Of a DNA stretch of 64,000 nt, positions 1-8,739 are shown piece by piece; position 1 is the first letter of the stretch; every line of letters begins with the position of its first letter. Below the pieces are notes generated by a model, which was not told the DNA's origin, did not search any database, and was given only the letters and a program-made list of their open reading frames with translations. This stretch comes from an uncultured Bacilli bacterium. Its GTDB lineage: Bacteria > Bacillota_I > Bacilli_A > RF39 > UBA660. Location of the stretch: assembly GCA_949505625.1 (NCBI GenBank), contig CATBQD010000005.1, positions 3,046 through 67,045 of the forward strand, in the 5' to 3' direction. Both the position numbers and the translations under genes were made by a program.

Positions 1-150
1 GTAATTTTGGAACTGGTTTTTCCTCTACAACTGGTTCTTTTAAAGATTCTTCTTGTTTTGGTTCTTTTTTCTTAAACGTCTGATACAAAAGTGGTACACT
101 AACTCCTAACACTAGTAAACTCAAGATGAATAAAATTATTTTTTTCTTCA
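1..150 (-). CDS. partial CDS (N-terminal end only, continues past window start); hydrophobic signal/TM-like N-terminus
   Basis: minus-strand frame open from ~150 to window edge (VKKKIILFILSLLVLGVSVPLL...); AGGTGAG RBS-like upstream; start codon uncertain (GTG/TTG). Confidence 0.25.
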
Positions 151-241
151 CTCTCTCACCTTCTATTTTAAGTATAGCAGTTAATGCTTAAAAAAGAAAT
201 AAAAAATTTCTCAATTTTTGTCAAAAAAAGAACATGTCTTT

Positions 242-1390
242 TTAATTGGAGAAAAGAACATGTTCTGATTTATATTGTTTGATAATAATTCCAAGAACAA
301 CAATAATAATTGCAATTGTTGATAAAAGCATTAAGAAAATTTGTAAATAATTAATTGTTCCAGCTGTAATATCTGTAAATAAAAGTGTGAAATTTAAAAA
401 TGGAACAAGTGATAATACAGTTGATGACTCAATATTAATCATAAATGCTATCATTCCTGGAAAGAATGAAACAAAAGTAAGAGGTGTCAAAGCACTTTGG
501 GCTTCTTTAAAAGTTTTAGAACGACTTGCTATTGCAATACATAATCCACTAATTAAGAAAGAATATGCAATAATTACAATACAAGCAAATAAAGTACTTT
601 CTAATGATAACATTAAGTTAATGCCTTCATATATTTGAAACATATTATTTGCCACCATTAAAGAAATAATTGTTAGTATCAAACTTATTGCCCCTGTAAT
701 AATAGAAGATAAACTAACACTTAAAAATTTTCCAATAATAATATCTTTACTTCTAATTGGAAAAGTAAGTAGAGTTTCCAAAGTTCCTCTTTCTTTTTCC
801 CCAGCTGTTGCATCTGTTGCTGGATAAGTAGCCGAAACTGTAATCGCCATAATGATAAATAAGAAAGCATAATTAATAATATAGCTTGCATAGAAATTTT
901 CTACTTCTTTAATACTTTTTTCTACAGTAATGATAGAAATCACATCTTCTGGTTTCATATTGTTTTCTTCTAAAAATTCCTTTTGTAGATATTCCTTGTA
1001 AGAAGCAAAGAAGCTGTCCATTAATGAAGTAGCATAGCTAGTTGTCTCATTATCATCTCCATGAATAATATATTTATTATCTTCTTTAATGACATATAAA
1101 TCAATGGTCCTTTTTTCATATGCTTGTTTTAATTCTTCTTGTCCCATTGTTGTTACTTGTATTTGTAATTCTTTTGCAATTTCTTTTTCTACATCAGATA
1201 ATTCATAAGAAAACCCAATTTTATTATATTCTTCTACTGATTTATTGACTTGCGATTCAAATAAAGCAGACATTCCAATTACTAATAATGGAATCATAAT
1301 TGGAATAATTAACATCATTGATAATGATTTTTTATCACGAAACATTTCCCGAATTTCTTTTTTTAACATATTCCATAAATTATTCTTCAT
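242..1390 (-). CDS. ABC transporter permease, ABC-2 type (N-terminal TM, large extracytoplasmic loop, C-terminal TM bundle)
   Basis: 382-aa ORF, hydropathy pattern typical of ABC-2 permeases; overlaps ATPase gene by 11 nt (operon). Confidence 0.75.
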   Translation of the reverse strand: MKNNLWNMLKKEIREMFRDKKSLSMMLIIPIMIPLLVIGMSALFESQVNKSVEEYNKIGFSYELSDVEKEIAKELQIQVTTMGQEELKQAYEKRTIDLYVIKEDNKYIIHGDDNETTSYATSLMDSFFASYKEYLQKEFLEENNMKPEDVISIITVEKSIKEVENFYASYIINYAFLFIIMAITVSATYPATDATAGEKERGTLETLLTFPIRSKDIIIGKFLSVSLSSIITGAISLILTIISLMVANNMFQIYEGINLMLSLESTLFACIVIIAYSFLISGLCIAIASRSKTFKEAQSALTPLTFVSFFPGMIAFMINIESSTVLSLVPFLNFTLLFTDITAGTINYLQIFLMLLSTIAIIIVVLGIIIKQYKSEHVLFSN

Positions 1391-2138
1391 CAGTCTTACC
1401 TCCTATTAAAGCAAAGAAAGCATCTCTTAAATTTGTTGTCTTTGTCTCTTTTTTGATTGTTTCTGGAGTTCCCTCTTTTATAATAATTCCCTTATTTATC
1501 ATGACAACATAGTCACATATATTTTCTGCTTCTTCCATATAATGAGTAGAATAAAGAATCGTTTTTCCTCTCTTTTTTTCCTCTTTCATAAAGTCTAGTA
1601 TGACTTGACTAGAAATAATGTCTAAACCACTTGTCGCTTCATCTAAAATATAATATTTTGGGTCATGCATTAAACATCGTGCAATATTTACTCTTTGTGT
1701 TTGACCAGTTGACAAGTTTGCAATTCGATTATAAAGAAAGCTGTCCATGTTTAAAGTTTCTGATACTTCCTTTATTCTATTATCAATTGTTTCTTTTTTT
1801 ACTTCATAAATTTCAGCACACATTTTTAAAAGTTCATAAGTAGATAAAGTATTATAAATCTTAGTGTTACCAGATAAATATGCAATGTTTTTCTTTATCT
1901 CAATCTCGTTTTTTGAATAATTTAAATTGTCAAATTCGATTGTTCCTGAGGTTGGTTCTAAAATTCCTGCAATCATACGAAGCAATGTTGTTTTCCCAGC
2001 TCCATTTGGACCTAAAACTCCAATGATTTCTCCTTCTTTTGCTTCAAATGAAATTCCATTATCTGCATAAAATTCCTCTTTTTGTTTTTTTGAATTATAA
2101 CGTATAAATTTCTTTTTTAAATCCTTTACTTTAAGCAT
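1380..2138 (-). CDS. ABC transporter ATP-binding protein
   Basis: Walker A GPNGAGKTT, ABC signature LSTGQTQRV, Walker B ILDEATSGLD. Confidence 0.9.
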   Translation of the reverse strand: MLKVKDLKKKFIRYNSKKQKEEFYADNGISFEAKEGEIIGVLGPNGAGKTTLLRMIAGILEPTSGTIEFDNLNYSKNEIEIKKNIAYLSGNTKIYNTLSTYELLKMCAEIYEVKKETIDNRIKEVSETLNMDSFLYNRIANLSTGQTQRVNIARCLMHDPKYYILDEATSGLDIISSQVILDFMKEEKKRGKTILYSTHYMEEAENICDYVVMINKGIIIKEGTPETIKKETKTTNLRDAFFALIGGKTDEE

Positions 2139-2246
2139 TCTCTCACTCCTTTATCTACATTATACTACAAATTACTTTTTAGGAATAAAAATTTTTATTA
2201 GAAATTAGTAGAACAAAAAAATAGTTAGTACCTATTTATTAAATCA

Positions 2247-2855
2247 CTATTTTTTTATCAATTTTTTAAAACTTAAATATTCACTTTTGTACCAATCTGC
2301 AAAAATATCTGTAGCAGATGTATGGTCATCGTTTCTATCTTTTCGTTCTTCGTCTGACATTTCTGCTAAGGTTTTATCACAATTTTTAGGAATAAATACA
2401 CACCACAAATTTGATTTTGCTTTTCTGATATCGTTTCCTCTTCTTGATAATGATAAAGTTCCCTCACTTATTCCATAAAAGGTATAGAACTCTCTACCAT
2501 CATAAAATGTCAAGCAATCTAAAAATCTACAAGTGCGATTTTGAACATTTTTCATTACCTCAAGAAGGTCATCTATATCATTTGCTACTCCACTTCTTTT
2601 TACGAATGCCCCAGGATAGCCTGGATTATTTGGATAATCTTCTATATAAAATCCTGTATCCGCAACAAAGCATGGTGTTCCTAAAATTTTATACGCCTCT
2701 AATGCTTTTTGCTTTGATATTCTTTCTATATCGTTTATTTCTGGTTCCATAAATTCATATTCTAAAAATTCTAAATCAATTTGTTTTTCTGCAAAATGTT
2801 CTTTGACAGAAATATATTTTCCATAGTTTCCTGTGACATAAGTTAGATTTGCCAT
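2247..2855 (-). CDS. divergent Ham1/RdgB-family (ITPase-like non-canonical NTP pyrophosphatase fold) protein
   Basis: N-terminal TGNYGKY..VKEHF matches the Ham1 TGNxGKxxE motif. VADTGFYIE and PGYPGAF resemble RdgB DDSG and PG.YSAR. C-terminal DEERKDRNDDHT resembles EK..SHR. Several catalytic positions are diverged. Start codon is 4 nt after the stop of the upstream gene. Confidence 0.5.
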   Translation of the reverse strand: MANLTYVTGNYGKYISVKEHFAEKQIDLEFLEYEFMEPEINDIERISKQKALEAYKILGTPCFVADTGFYIEDYPNNPGYPGAFVKRSGVANDIDDLLEVMKNVQNRTCRFLDCLTFYDGREFYTFYGISEGTLSLSRRGNDIRKAKSNLWCVFIPKNCDKTLAEMSDEERKDRNDDHTSATDIFADWYKSEYLSFKKLIKK

Positions 2856-2856
2856 T

Positions 2857-3888
2857 TTACATTACTCCTTTAAATTTATATAGTTTTTTTATAACATTTT
2901 CATTATATTCTGGTCTTGTTAAATCCATATTTTTATCATCTGCAATTCTTTTTGATAAATAATACATTTGAGCCATTAAATAGTATTCTTTCCAAAAATA
3001 ATCATCATCCATCTCTTTAGAATCAAACACATATATATTAGGATACTCCCCTTTTAGAGACCCAATTAATGTCTTATCCAACTCACTCATTGCGTGTGAT
3101 AAATATAGCATGTGACTTTCTGGATTCCTAAATAATAAATTACTTCTTCCATGACAATATGACCCCTTATCATGAACAACTACAGGGCATACTCCTGATT
3201 CTATAAGATTGGATTCTAATACACTACTAGAACATTTTGTATCATAGCCACTCATTATTTGAACCAAATTAGTATCTGTAAAACTTTTATCCAATTTCTC
3301 AATTTTTCTAGCGCTTAATTCTAACAATCTTTTTATCTTATCATTCATTGCTTTTACTTCTTTTGAAGTCATATCTTTTTCTAATAAAGTAGCAGCAGAT
3401 AAAAGAAGGGCAATAGGTCCCAAACTAGTGGCAAGAGAAATAAAACTTTTTTCTCTTTCGTACAAATAATTTCCCCACGCAATCACTTTATAATCCACTT
3501 CTTTTTCTTTCTCACAAATCAAACATTTATTGCCTTTAAAATCGTTTAACGCTTCTTTAACCCCATTCGTATTTCCACTAGCTGATATTACTATCAAATT
3601 AGAAAATATATTTTTATTGGCTTTATAAAAGTAATCTCTAGGTTCGATTACTTCACAAAACAGTCCATTTGTTCCTATTCTTTCTAATATTCCCTGTAAA
3701 TAATAAGCAATCACTTTTGATCCACCAGTTGCCATAATTAAAGTTGGCTTATTTATTGTTAATAATTCATATAGTAATCTTCTAATTTCATTTGCTTTAT
3801 TAATTTCAGGATCATTAATAGAAAGAATCCTATTTTCTAATTTTGAAAAATTAATTTCTGCTTTTTCTGTATGTGTATGCTGAATCAT
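2857..3888 (-). CDS. SIS-domain (phosphosugar-binding fold) protein with uncharacterised ~190-aa C-terminal domain
   Basis: ATGGSKVIAYY (GxGxS) and LIVISASGNTNGV (SIS S-x-SG-T motif); strong RBS AAGGGAGG; translationally coupled to the downstream Ham1-like gene. Confidence 0.4.
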   Translation of the reverse strand: MIQHTHTEKAEINFSKLENRILSINDPEINKANEIRRLLYELLTINKPTLIMATGGSKVIAYYLQGILERIGTNGLFCEVIEPRDYFYKANKNIFSNLIVISASGNTNGVKEALNDFKGNKCLICEKEKEVDYKVIAWGNYLYEREKSFISLATSLGPIALLLSAATLLEKDMTSKEVKAMNDKIKRLLELSARKIEKLDKSFTDTNLVQIMSGYDTKCSSSVLESNLIESGVCPVVVHDKGSYCHGRSNLLFRNPESHMLYLSHAMSELDKTLIGSLKGEYPNIYVFDSKEMDDDYFWKEYYLMAQMYYLSKRIADDKNMDLTRPEYNENVIKKLYKFKGVM

Positions 3889-3943
3889 AAAAAAACCTCC
3901 CTTTGTTAATTCAATATTAACATTAGTAGAGGAAGTATTTATG

Positions 3944-4423
3944 TCAGTTATAAAAGTTTTCTAATAAATTTATATATTTTATCCGATTAATGTAAAAATG
4001 TCTTATTTCATCTTTTGCTTCACAATAAGCAGCTACACCCCATTCATTTCCTAATAATATTAAATCATAAGGATGAATTGTCCTTTTAGAAAGGACTTTT
4101 TTATCTTTTGAATAATATTCTATAAAACATTTTCTTTTCTCTTTCATAGCACGATTTATTAAATTTAAGAAGTCTTTATTTATGACATTAATCGTATTTG
4201 GAGTAATAAATCGCTTTGGAACATTTATATTTTGGTTTAAAACATAGCCTCCATATGGGCCCTTTATTGTATCAATATAAATTCCTGCTTTTTCTATTTC
4301 ATCTTTATATACACGAATCATTCTAGGAGATACTTCTAATTTTTCTGATAACTCTGCTATACTATATTTTTTACCTGAACTTAAACATTCAATCATTGTT
4401 AATATATTACTAACCTTAGACAT
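3944..4423 (-). CDS. HTH + WYL-domain transcriptional regulator
   Basis: N-terminal HTH_11-like region ending in the GPYGGYVL signature; C-terminal WYL-like block EWGVAAYCEAKDEIRHFYINRIKYINLLE. Confidence 0.65.
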   Translation of the reverse strand: MSKVSNILTMIECLSSGKKYSIAELSEKLEVSPRMIRVYKDEIEKAGIYIDTIKGPYGGYVLNQNINVPKRFITPNTINVINKDFLNLINRAMKEKRKCFIEYYSKDKKVLSKRTIHPYDLILLGNEWGVAAYCEAKDEIRHFYINRIKYINLLENFYN

Positions 4424-4663
4424 ATAGCACCTCCTAAATTTAATACAATTTATTATAACATAAATTTAATATATCAATATAATTTATTTTTTTGAAATGC
4501 CTTATGAATAAATTTCTAGTTTATTACAAATATCACTAACTCCAAAAACAGAGTCAACACATATAACAAGTTTTCTTAATGTGGATTCCATCTTGATTAT
4601 ATCATTCATTATTATCATATACTTTAAAACATATAAAAATTCGATATTTAAAAGGATCAATTT

Positions 4664-4878
4664 TTCTATCAGCAACTAGTGTGAGTAATAACCATATTTG
4701 CATCTTTTAAAAAACAAAAAATCAACAATCTATTTTTAGAAAGTTGATTTTGTTTTTAAATTCAAATCATTTTTAAGAGTCCAAATGGATTTCCTTCTAG
4801 TGCTCAAAAGGTAAAAGTACGACAATTCTTTGAATCAAAGAAATAGTGAGTAATAAGCTTAACTAATGAAACTATAAC
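4664..4878. repeat. ~210-nt repeat copy R1 (3' element of the GluRS-family gene); contains a bidirectional terminator hairpin AAAATCAAC-N16-GTTGATTTT
   Basis: ~85% identical to 6922..7138, aligned by eye; begins 10 nt after the aaRS stop codon. Confidence 0.6.
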
Positions 4879-4887
4879 ATAATTTAA

Positions 4888-6525
4888 TTAGTTAAAATAG
4901 TCAAATCTAGATTTTATTCTATCTTTTCCTAATAATTTCATTATTTCATATAAATCTGGAGTCATAGACTTAGTAGTTAAAGCAACTCTAATAACCATAC
5001 TAACATCTACAATACTTCCTTTATATTTATCAGAATTATCTTTATAATCTTTTGTATTAGAAGCATACCCTAACTCATCAGATAATGATTTCATTTTTGC
5101 AAACCACATATCTTTATCATCACTAATATTATAATATTTATTAATATAAACATCTAATATATTTTTTATTTCATCTGTATTAGTTATATTTTGCCATTCA
5201 TAATTATTTTCATCATCAAACAACTCATCATACATATACCAAATATAGGATTTAATTTCAGAATAACAACTAAAATCTTTTCTTGGCTTTTTTTGTTCTC
5301 TCTCTATATTTAATATTTCTATAGTATAATCTTTATATTTGGTAATAAGAGTTGCAAAGCTCTTATCAAATTCATTAGCCCATACTAATAAATTATCATA
5401 TACTTCTTTGGCTGATAATCTTGACAAATAATTTTTAGAAATATTAATTACCTTTTCTAGATCAAATATAGGTCCACTTTTGCTCATCTTATTAAACGTA
5501 AAAGTAAAATTTCTATAAGATATATTTGAATTTTGTAAAAACCAACCCTCGAAATTAGAATTCATTATAGTTGCAAAATATAATTTAATTGCCTCTACTG
5601 GAATTCCCTTTTCGTGATAAAACGACACTGCTGCTTCTGGATCTTTTCTTTTACTTATCTTTCTTATCGTATTTCCTTCTTTAATATTTAGTGGAAGTAA
5701 ATGTGCAAATTTTGGTGCTTTAAATCCACAAGCCTCCCATAATTCCAAGTGATATGGTACTGATGATATATATGAATCATCTCTAGTCACAGTAGTAACT
5801 CTCATAAAATGATCATCACATACATGGGCTAAAGCATAAGGAGGAATTCCATCTGACTTAATTAAAACTTGGTCTATATCATTTTCAGGCAATTCAATAA
5901 TACCTTTTACTAAATCTTTAAATACTATTTTCTTGTTGAAATCTCCTAATGATTTTAATCTCAATACCCATTTATCACCATTATCAATATGATTTTTCAC
6001 TTCATCATAACTTAAATTTCTACATTTAGCATAATGACCATAATAACCAATTCTATCTTTTCTTTTTTCTTGCTTTTCTCTCATCTCGGCTAAATCATTT
6101 TCAGAGCAAAAGCAAGGGTATGCTCTTCCTATTGATACTAGATATTTAGCAACTATATGATAAATCTCTTCTCTTTGAGTTTGAATATATGGTCCATAGT
6201 TTCCGCCTTTAATTGGGTGTTCATTAACTATATAATTATAATTTTCTAAATCTTCAATAATTAGTTGAGTTCCATTTTCGATCGCTCTTTTATTGTCAGT
6301 ATCTTCAATTCTTAACATAAATATTCCGTTAGTTTGATTGGCAATAACCTCTGGAATAAATGATGCATATAAATTTCCCATATGCATTCTCCCAGTAGGG
6401 CTGGGCGCAAATCTGCACACTTCAGCACCATCAACCAAATTTCTTGGTGAGTACATTTTTTCCAAATCTTCAATTGTTTTTGTAATATTTGGATATAATA
6501 AATCCGCTAAATCGTTACTTGTCAT
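4888..6525 (-). CDS. gltX: class I aminoacyl-tRNA synthetase, GluRS family (divergent; RFAPSPTG and RIEDTDNKR GluRS signatures but HxGN and KMSKS motifs like class-I LysRS)
   Basis: Motifs CRFAPSPTGRMHMGNL, LRIEDTDNKR and KMSKSGP. The ORF-finder start at 6567 lies inside the leader terminator; the likely true start is the MTSNDL Met at 6525, preceded by an AGGAAAGGAAAGG RBS. Confidence 0.7.
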   Translation of the reverse strand: MTSNDLADLLYPNITKTIEDLEKMYSPRNLVDGAEVCRFAPSPTGRMHMGNLYASFIPEVIANQTNGIFMLRIEDTDNKRAIENGTQLIIEDLENYNYIVNEHPIKGGNYGPYIQTQREEIYHIVAKYLVSIGRAYPCFCSENDLAEMREKQEKRKDRIGYYGHYAKCRNLSYDEVKNHIDNGDKWVLRLKSLGDFNKKIVFKDLVKGIIELPENDIDQVLIKSDGIPPYALAHVCDDHFMRVTTVTRDDSYISSVPYHLELWEACGFKAPKFAHLLPLNIKEGNTIRKISKRKDPEAAVSFYHEKGIPVEAIKLYFATIMNSNFEGWFLQNSNISYRNFTFTFNKMSKSGPIFDLEKVINISKNYLSRLSAKEVYDNLLVWANEFDKSFATLITKYKDYTIEILNIEREQKKPRKDFSCYSEIKSYIWYMYDELFDDENNYEWQNITNTDEIKNILDVYINKYYNISDDKDMWFAKMKSLSDELGYASNTKDYKDNSDKYKGSIVDVSMVIRVALTTKSMTPDLYEIMKLLGKDRIKSRFDYFN

Positions 6526-6527
6526 TT

Positions 6528-6790
6528 TGACCTTTCCTTTCCTAAATAAAAAAATAGATTCATCCAATAAGGACGAATCTATCGTGGTACCACCTTAATT
6601 TATATAACTTTAAAGTTATATATCTCAACATCTTAACGCGATTAACGAAATAACTTGAATACGCTATTTGGCTCCAAAGCTTCTTTCAAACATTTCAAAT
6701 GTTAATTTCCACCAACCATTAACTCTCTTTGCATTGAAAATATTTTACTCTTCTTCTTCATTGCTTTCATAATATGTGCTAATTTTATCA
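6528..6790 (-). promoter_or_regulatory. T-box leader (tRNA-sensing riboswitch) with terminator/antiterminator
   Basis: minus-strand RNA carries AAUUAAGGUGGUACCACG (T-box consensus AAUUAGGGUGGUACCGCG), followed by hairpin GAUAGAUUCGUCC-UUAUU-GGAUGAAUCUAUU and a U7 run directly before the RBS. Stem-I-like AGAGAG and GGUGGAA elements lie upstream. The specifier is ambiguous (GAAAGAAG could read as Glu GAA or Lys AAG). Confidence 0.6.
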
Positions 6791-6896
6791 CTTTTTAATT
6801 CACTTGTAAATAGATAAGTTGCTGTTCTCTCAAAATATCTAGAATTTTTTAATTTTTGATATTGGTGATTAGCCATTTCTTCTTTCGTTAATATTT

Positions 6897-7138
6897 ATTA
6901 CTCTTGAATGAAAAGTTCGAGTTTCCTATCGACCAGTTGTGAGTAATAACCACATTTGCATCTTTTAAAAAGCAAAAAATCAACAATCTATTTTTAGAAA
7001 GTTGATTTTGTTTTTAAATTCAAACCATTTTTGAGAGTCCGAATAGATTTCCTTCTGGTGCCCTTTGGGAGGACGTACAACAACTCCTAGGGAAAAATAA
7101 ATAGTCAGTAATAATTCATTAACTGACTATAGTATATC
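6897..7138. repeat. repeat copy R2 (3' element of lysK) plus a 38-nt motif shared with the tRNA-Thr-like flank; includes the lysK terminator hairpin ATAGTCAGT-N12-ACTGACTAT and the bidirectional AAAATCAAC/GTTGATTTT hairpin
   Basis: aligned by eye to 4664..4878; first 38 nt (6897..6935) also match 10650..10688. Confidence 0.6.
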
Positions 7139-7163
7139 ATTTTTTGCATTAAAATCATAGTAA

Positions 7164-8717
7164 TCATAATAAATTTTTGATTTTTTCTTTATCTATTGCC
7201 ATTAAAAATAATCCTAATTTTGGTCCTTGATCAGTACCTAATAACATATTGTATAATATTTGAAAATATCTTTTTTGTGCTTGTTTTAATTCTTTATCAA
7301 CTAAAATCTCATCTTTCACAACATCATACAATGCTGTTTGTAATTCATTTGTAGTATTAAATTGGAAATCTAACAATTTAATAGTTTTATTTAACCATTC
7401 TTTTTCTAAATCACTTATTGTATTATAAAAATTATCATTTCTTTGATTTAATAGATTTACTTGATAATCAGAACCATATTCTTTAACCCAATTTATAGCT
7501 AGATCTAATCTATTACTAAATTGTTCAGAATTAACATCAATATCTTCTTTAGATAATAATTCTTTTAATAAATCAATATCAAAATTCACAATAGGAAGAA
7601 ATGTTACTAAATAACTAAAATTAGGATTTTTTAAATATTCTTCTTTTACATTTGTTAAATCTAAAATACTTTTGTTTTTTTCATCAATGTTATCATTAAA
7701 GTATAATTTTACCCATCTATCAAATTCACTATAATATCTAATAACATCATTATCAAGAGCAATATCAAATGCATGCATATTGTCAAATCTTGCATAAAAC
7801 CACCAAATAATATTTTTATCATATACTTTTAATAAATCTGTTATTGTTAAAACATTGCCTGTAGATGATGACATTTTAGCACCGCCACCTTTTATCCCTA
7901 TAAAATTATATGGGATATAAATAGGTGGTTCATAATTAAATATCTCTCTTGCAACTCTTTCAGATACTGCTTTACTACCATTCGAAGCAGAATGATCAAT
8001 GCCACCAGTTTCAAAAGTTACTCCTTCTACCATCCAGCGCATTGGCCAATCAACTTTCCATTGAAGTTTAATATTAGTAGCATTATTAATATTTAAATCA
8101 CCTCTATGTCCACAATTACACATATATTTAACATTACCAGAATCAGATTCGTAATTTATTATTTTTGTTGAATCTTTGTGACAATTAGGACAATAAATAC
8201 TTATAGGATAATAATTTCTTCTTTCTTCATCAGTAGATTCTTGAGTTCTAAAATCATCTATAATACTGAAAATTTTATCTCTATTATCCATTGCAACTTT
8301 AATATATTTATTATATCTACCACTTTGATACTCTTTTGCTTGATATATGCATTCTACTTCAACATCCATTGATTTTAATTCATTTAAAAATCGATTTTCC
8401 ATATAAGATGCATATGATTCATTTTCACTAAATGGACTAGGTAATTCAGTATAAGGCATACCAATATATTTTTCATAACTTGAGTCGATATTTCCAGGGA
8501 CCTTTCTAAATCTATCAAATTCATCAAAAGATAAAATATATCTTACTTTCTTTCCTAACTTTTTTAACTCTTTTGCAACAAGATATGGAGTAGCAATTTC
8601 TCTAAAATTTCCAATATGTACAAAACCACTTGGACTTACACCACTAGCTACCGTATAAACTTCTTCATTTGGTCTCTCATTAATAATTTTTAGTGCAACT
8701 TCTTTTGCCCAATTCAT
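7164..8717 (-). CDS. lysK: lysyl-tRNA synthetase, class I (LysRS-I)
   Basis: SGVSPSGFVHIGNFREI (class-I LysRS HxGN), FDEFDRFRKVP, KMSSSTGN; 517 aa. Confidence 0.85.
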   Translation of the reverse strand: MNWAKEVALKIINERPNEEVYTVASGVSPSGFVHIGNFREIATPYLVAKELKKLGKKVRYILSFDEFDRFRKVPGNIDSSYEKYIGMPYTELPSPFSENESYASYMENRFLNELKSMDVEVECIYQAKEYQSGRYNKYIKVAMDNRDKIFSIIDDFRTQESTDEERRNYYPISIYCPNCHKDSTKIINYESDSGNVKYMCNCGHRGDLNINNATNIKLQWKVDWPMRWMVEGVTFETGGIDHSASNGSKAVSERVAREIFNYEPPIYIPYNFIGIKGGGAKMSSSTGNVLTITDLLKVYDKNIIWWFYARFDNMHAFDIALDNDVIRYYSEFDRWVKLYFNDNIDEKNKSILDLTNVKEEYLKNPNFSYLVTFLPIVNFDIDLLKELLSKEDIDVNSEQFSNRLDLAINWVKEYGSDYQVNLLNQRNDNFYNTISDLEKEWLNKTIKLLDFQFNTTNELQTALYDVVKDEILVDKELKQAQKRYFQILYNMLLGTDQGPKLGLFLMAIDKEKIKNLL

Positions 8718-8739
8718 TTTTTATCATTCCTTTCAATTT

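Noticed and set aside
387-2752. Short plus-strand ORFs (387..638, 1318..1512, 1631..1843, 2287..2478, 2444..2752) overlapping minus-strand genes
   Set aside because: They lie antisense to well-supported genes, with low-complexity AT-rich translations, as expected in a ~27% GC genome; the same applies to the other antisense ORFs in the table (e.g. 8178..8372, 16636..16872, 26081..26299, 26660..26914, 28258..28527, 43583..43795, 46073..46465, 50270..50722, 57133..57363).
4452-4478. Promoter for the WYL operon (TTGATA … TATAAT on the minus strand)
   Set aside because: The spacer between the hexamers is only ~14 nt, so it is not reported as a confident promoter.
6777-6908. 43-aa minus-strand ORF (MANHQYQKLKNSRYFERT…) between repeat R2 and the T-box
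   Set aside because: Weak RBS and no supporting features; possibly part of the leader/stem I. Could be a leader peptide, but there is no evidence.
7040-7100. Possible tRNA-like 3' fragment inside R2 (…CCUCCCAAAGGGCACCA on the minus strand)
   Set aside because: Only a CACCA end and a weak 4-bp stem; no matching 5' acceptor strand; judged coincidental.
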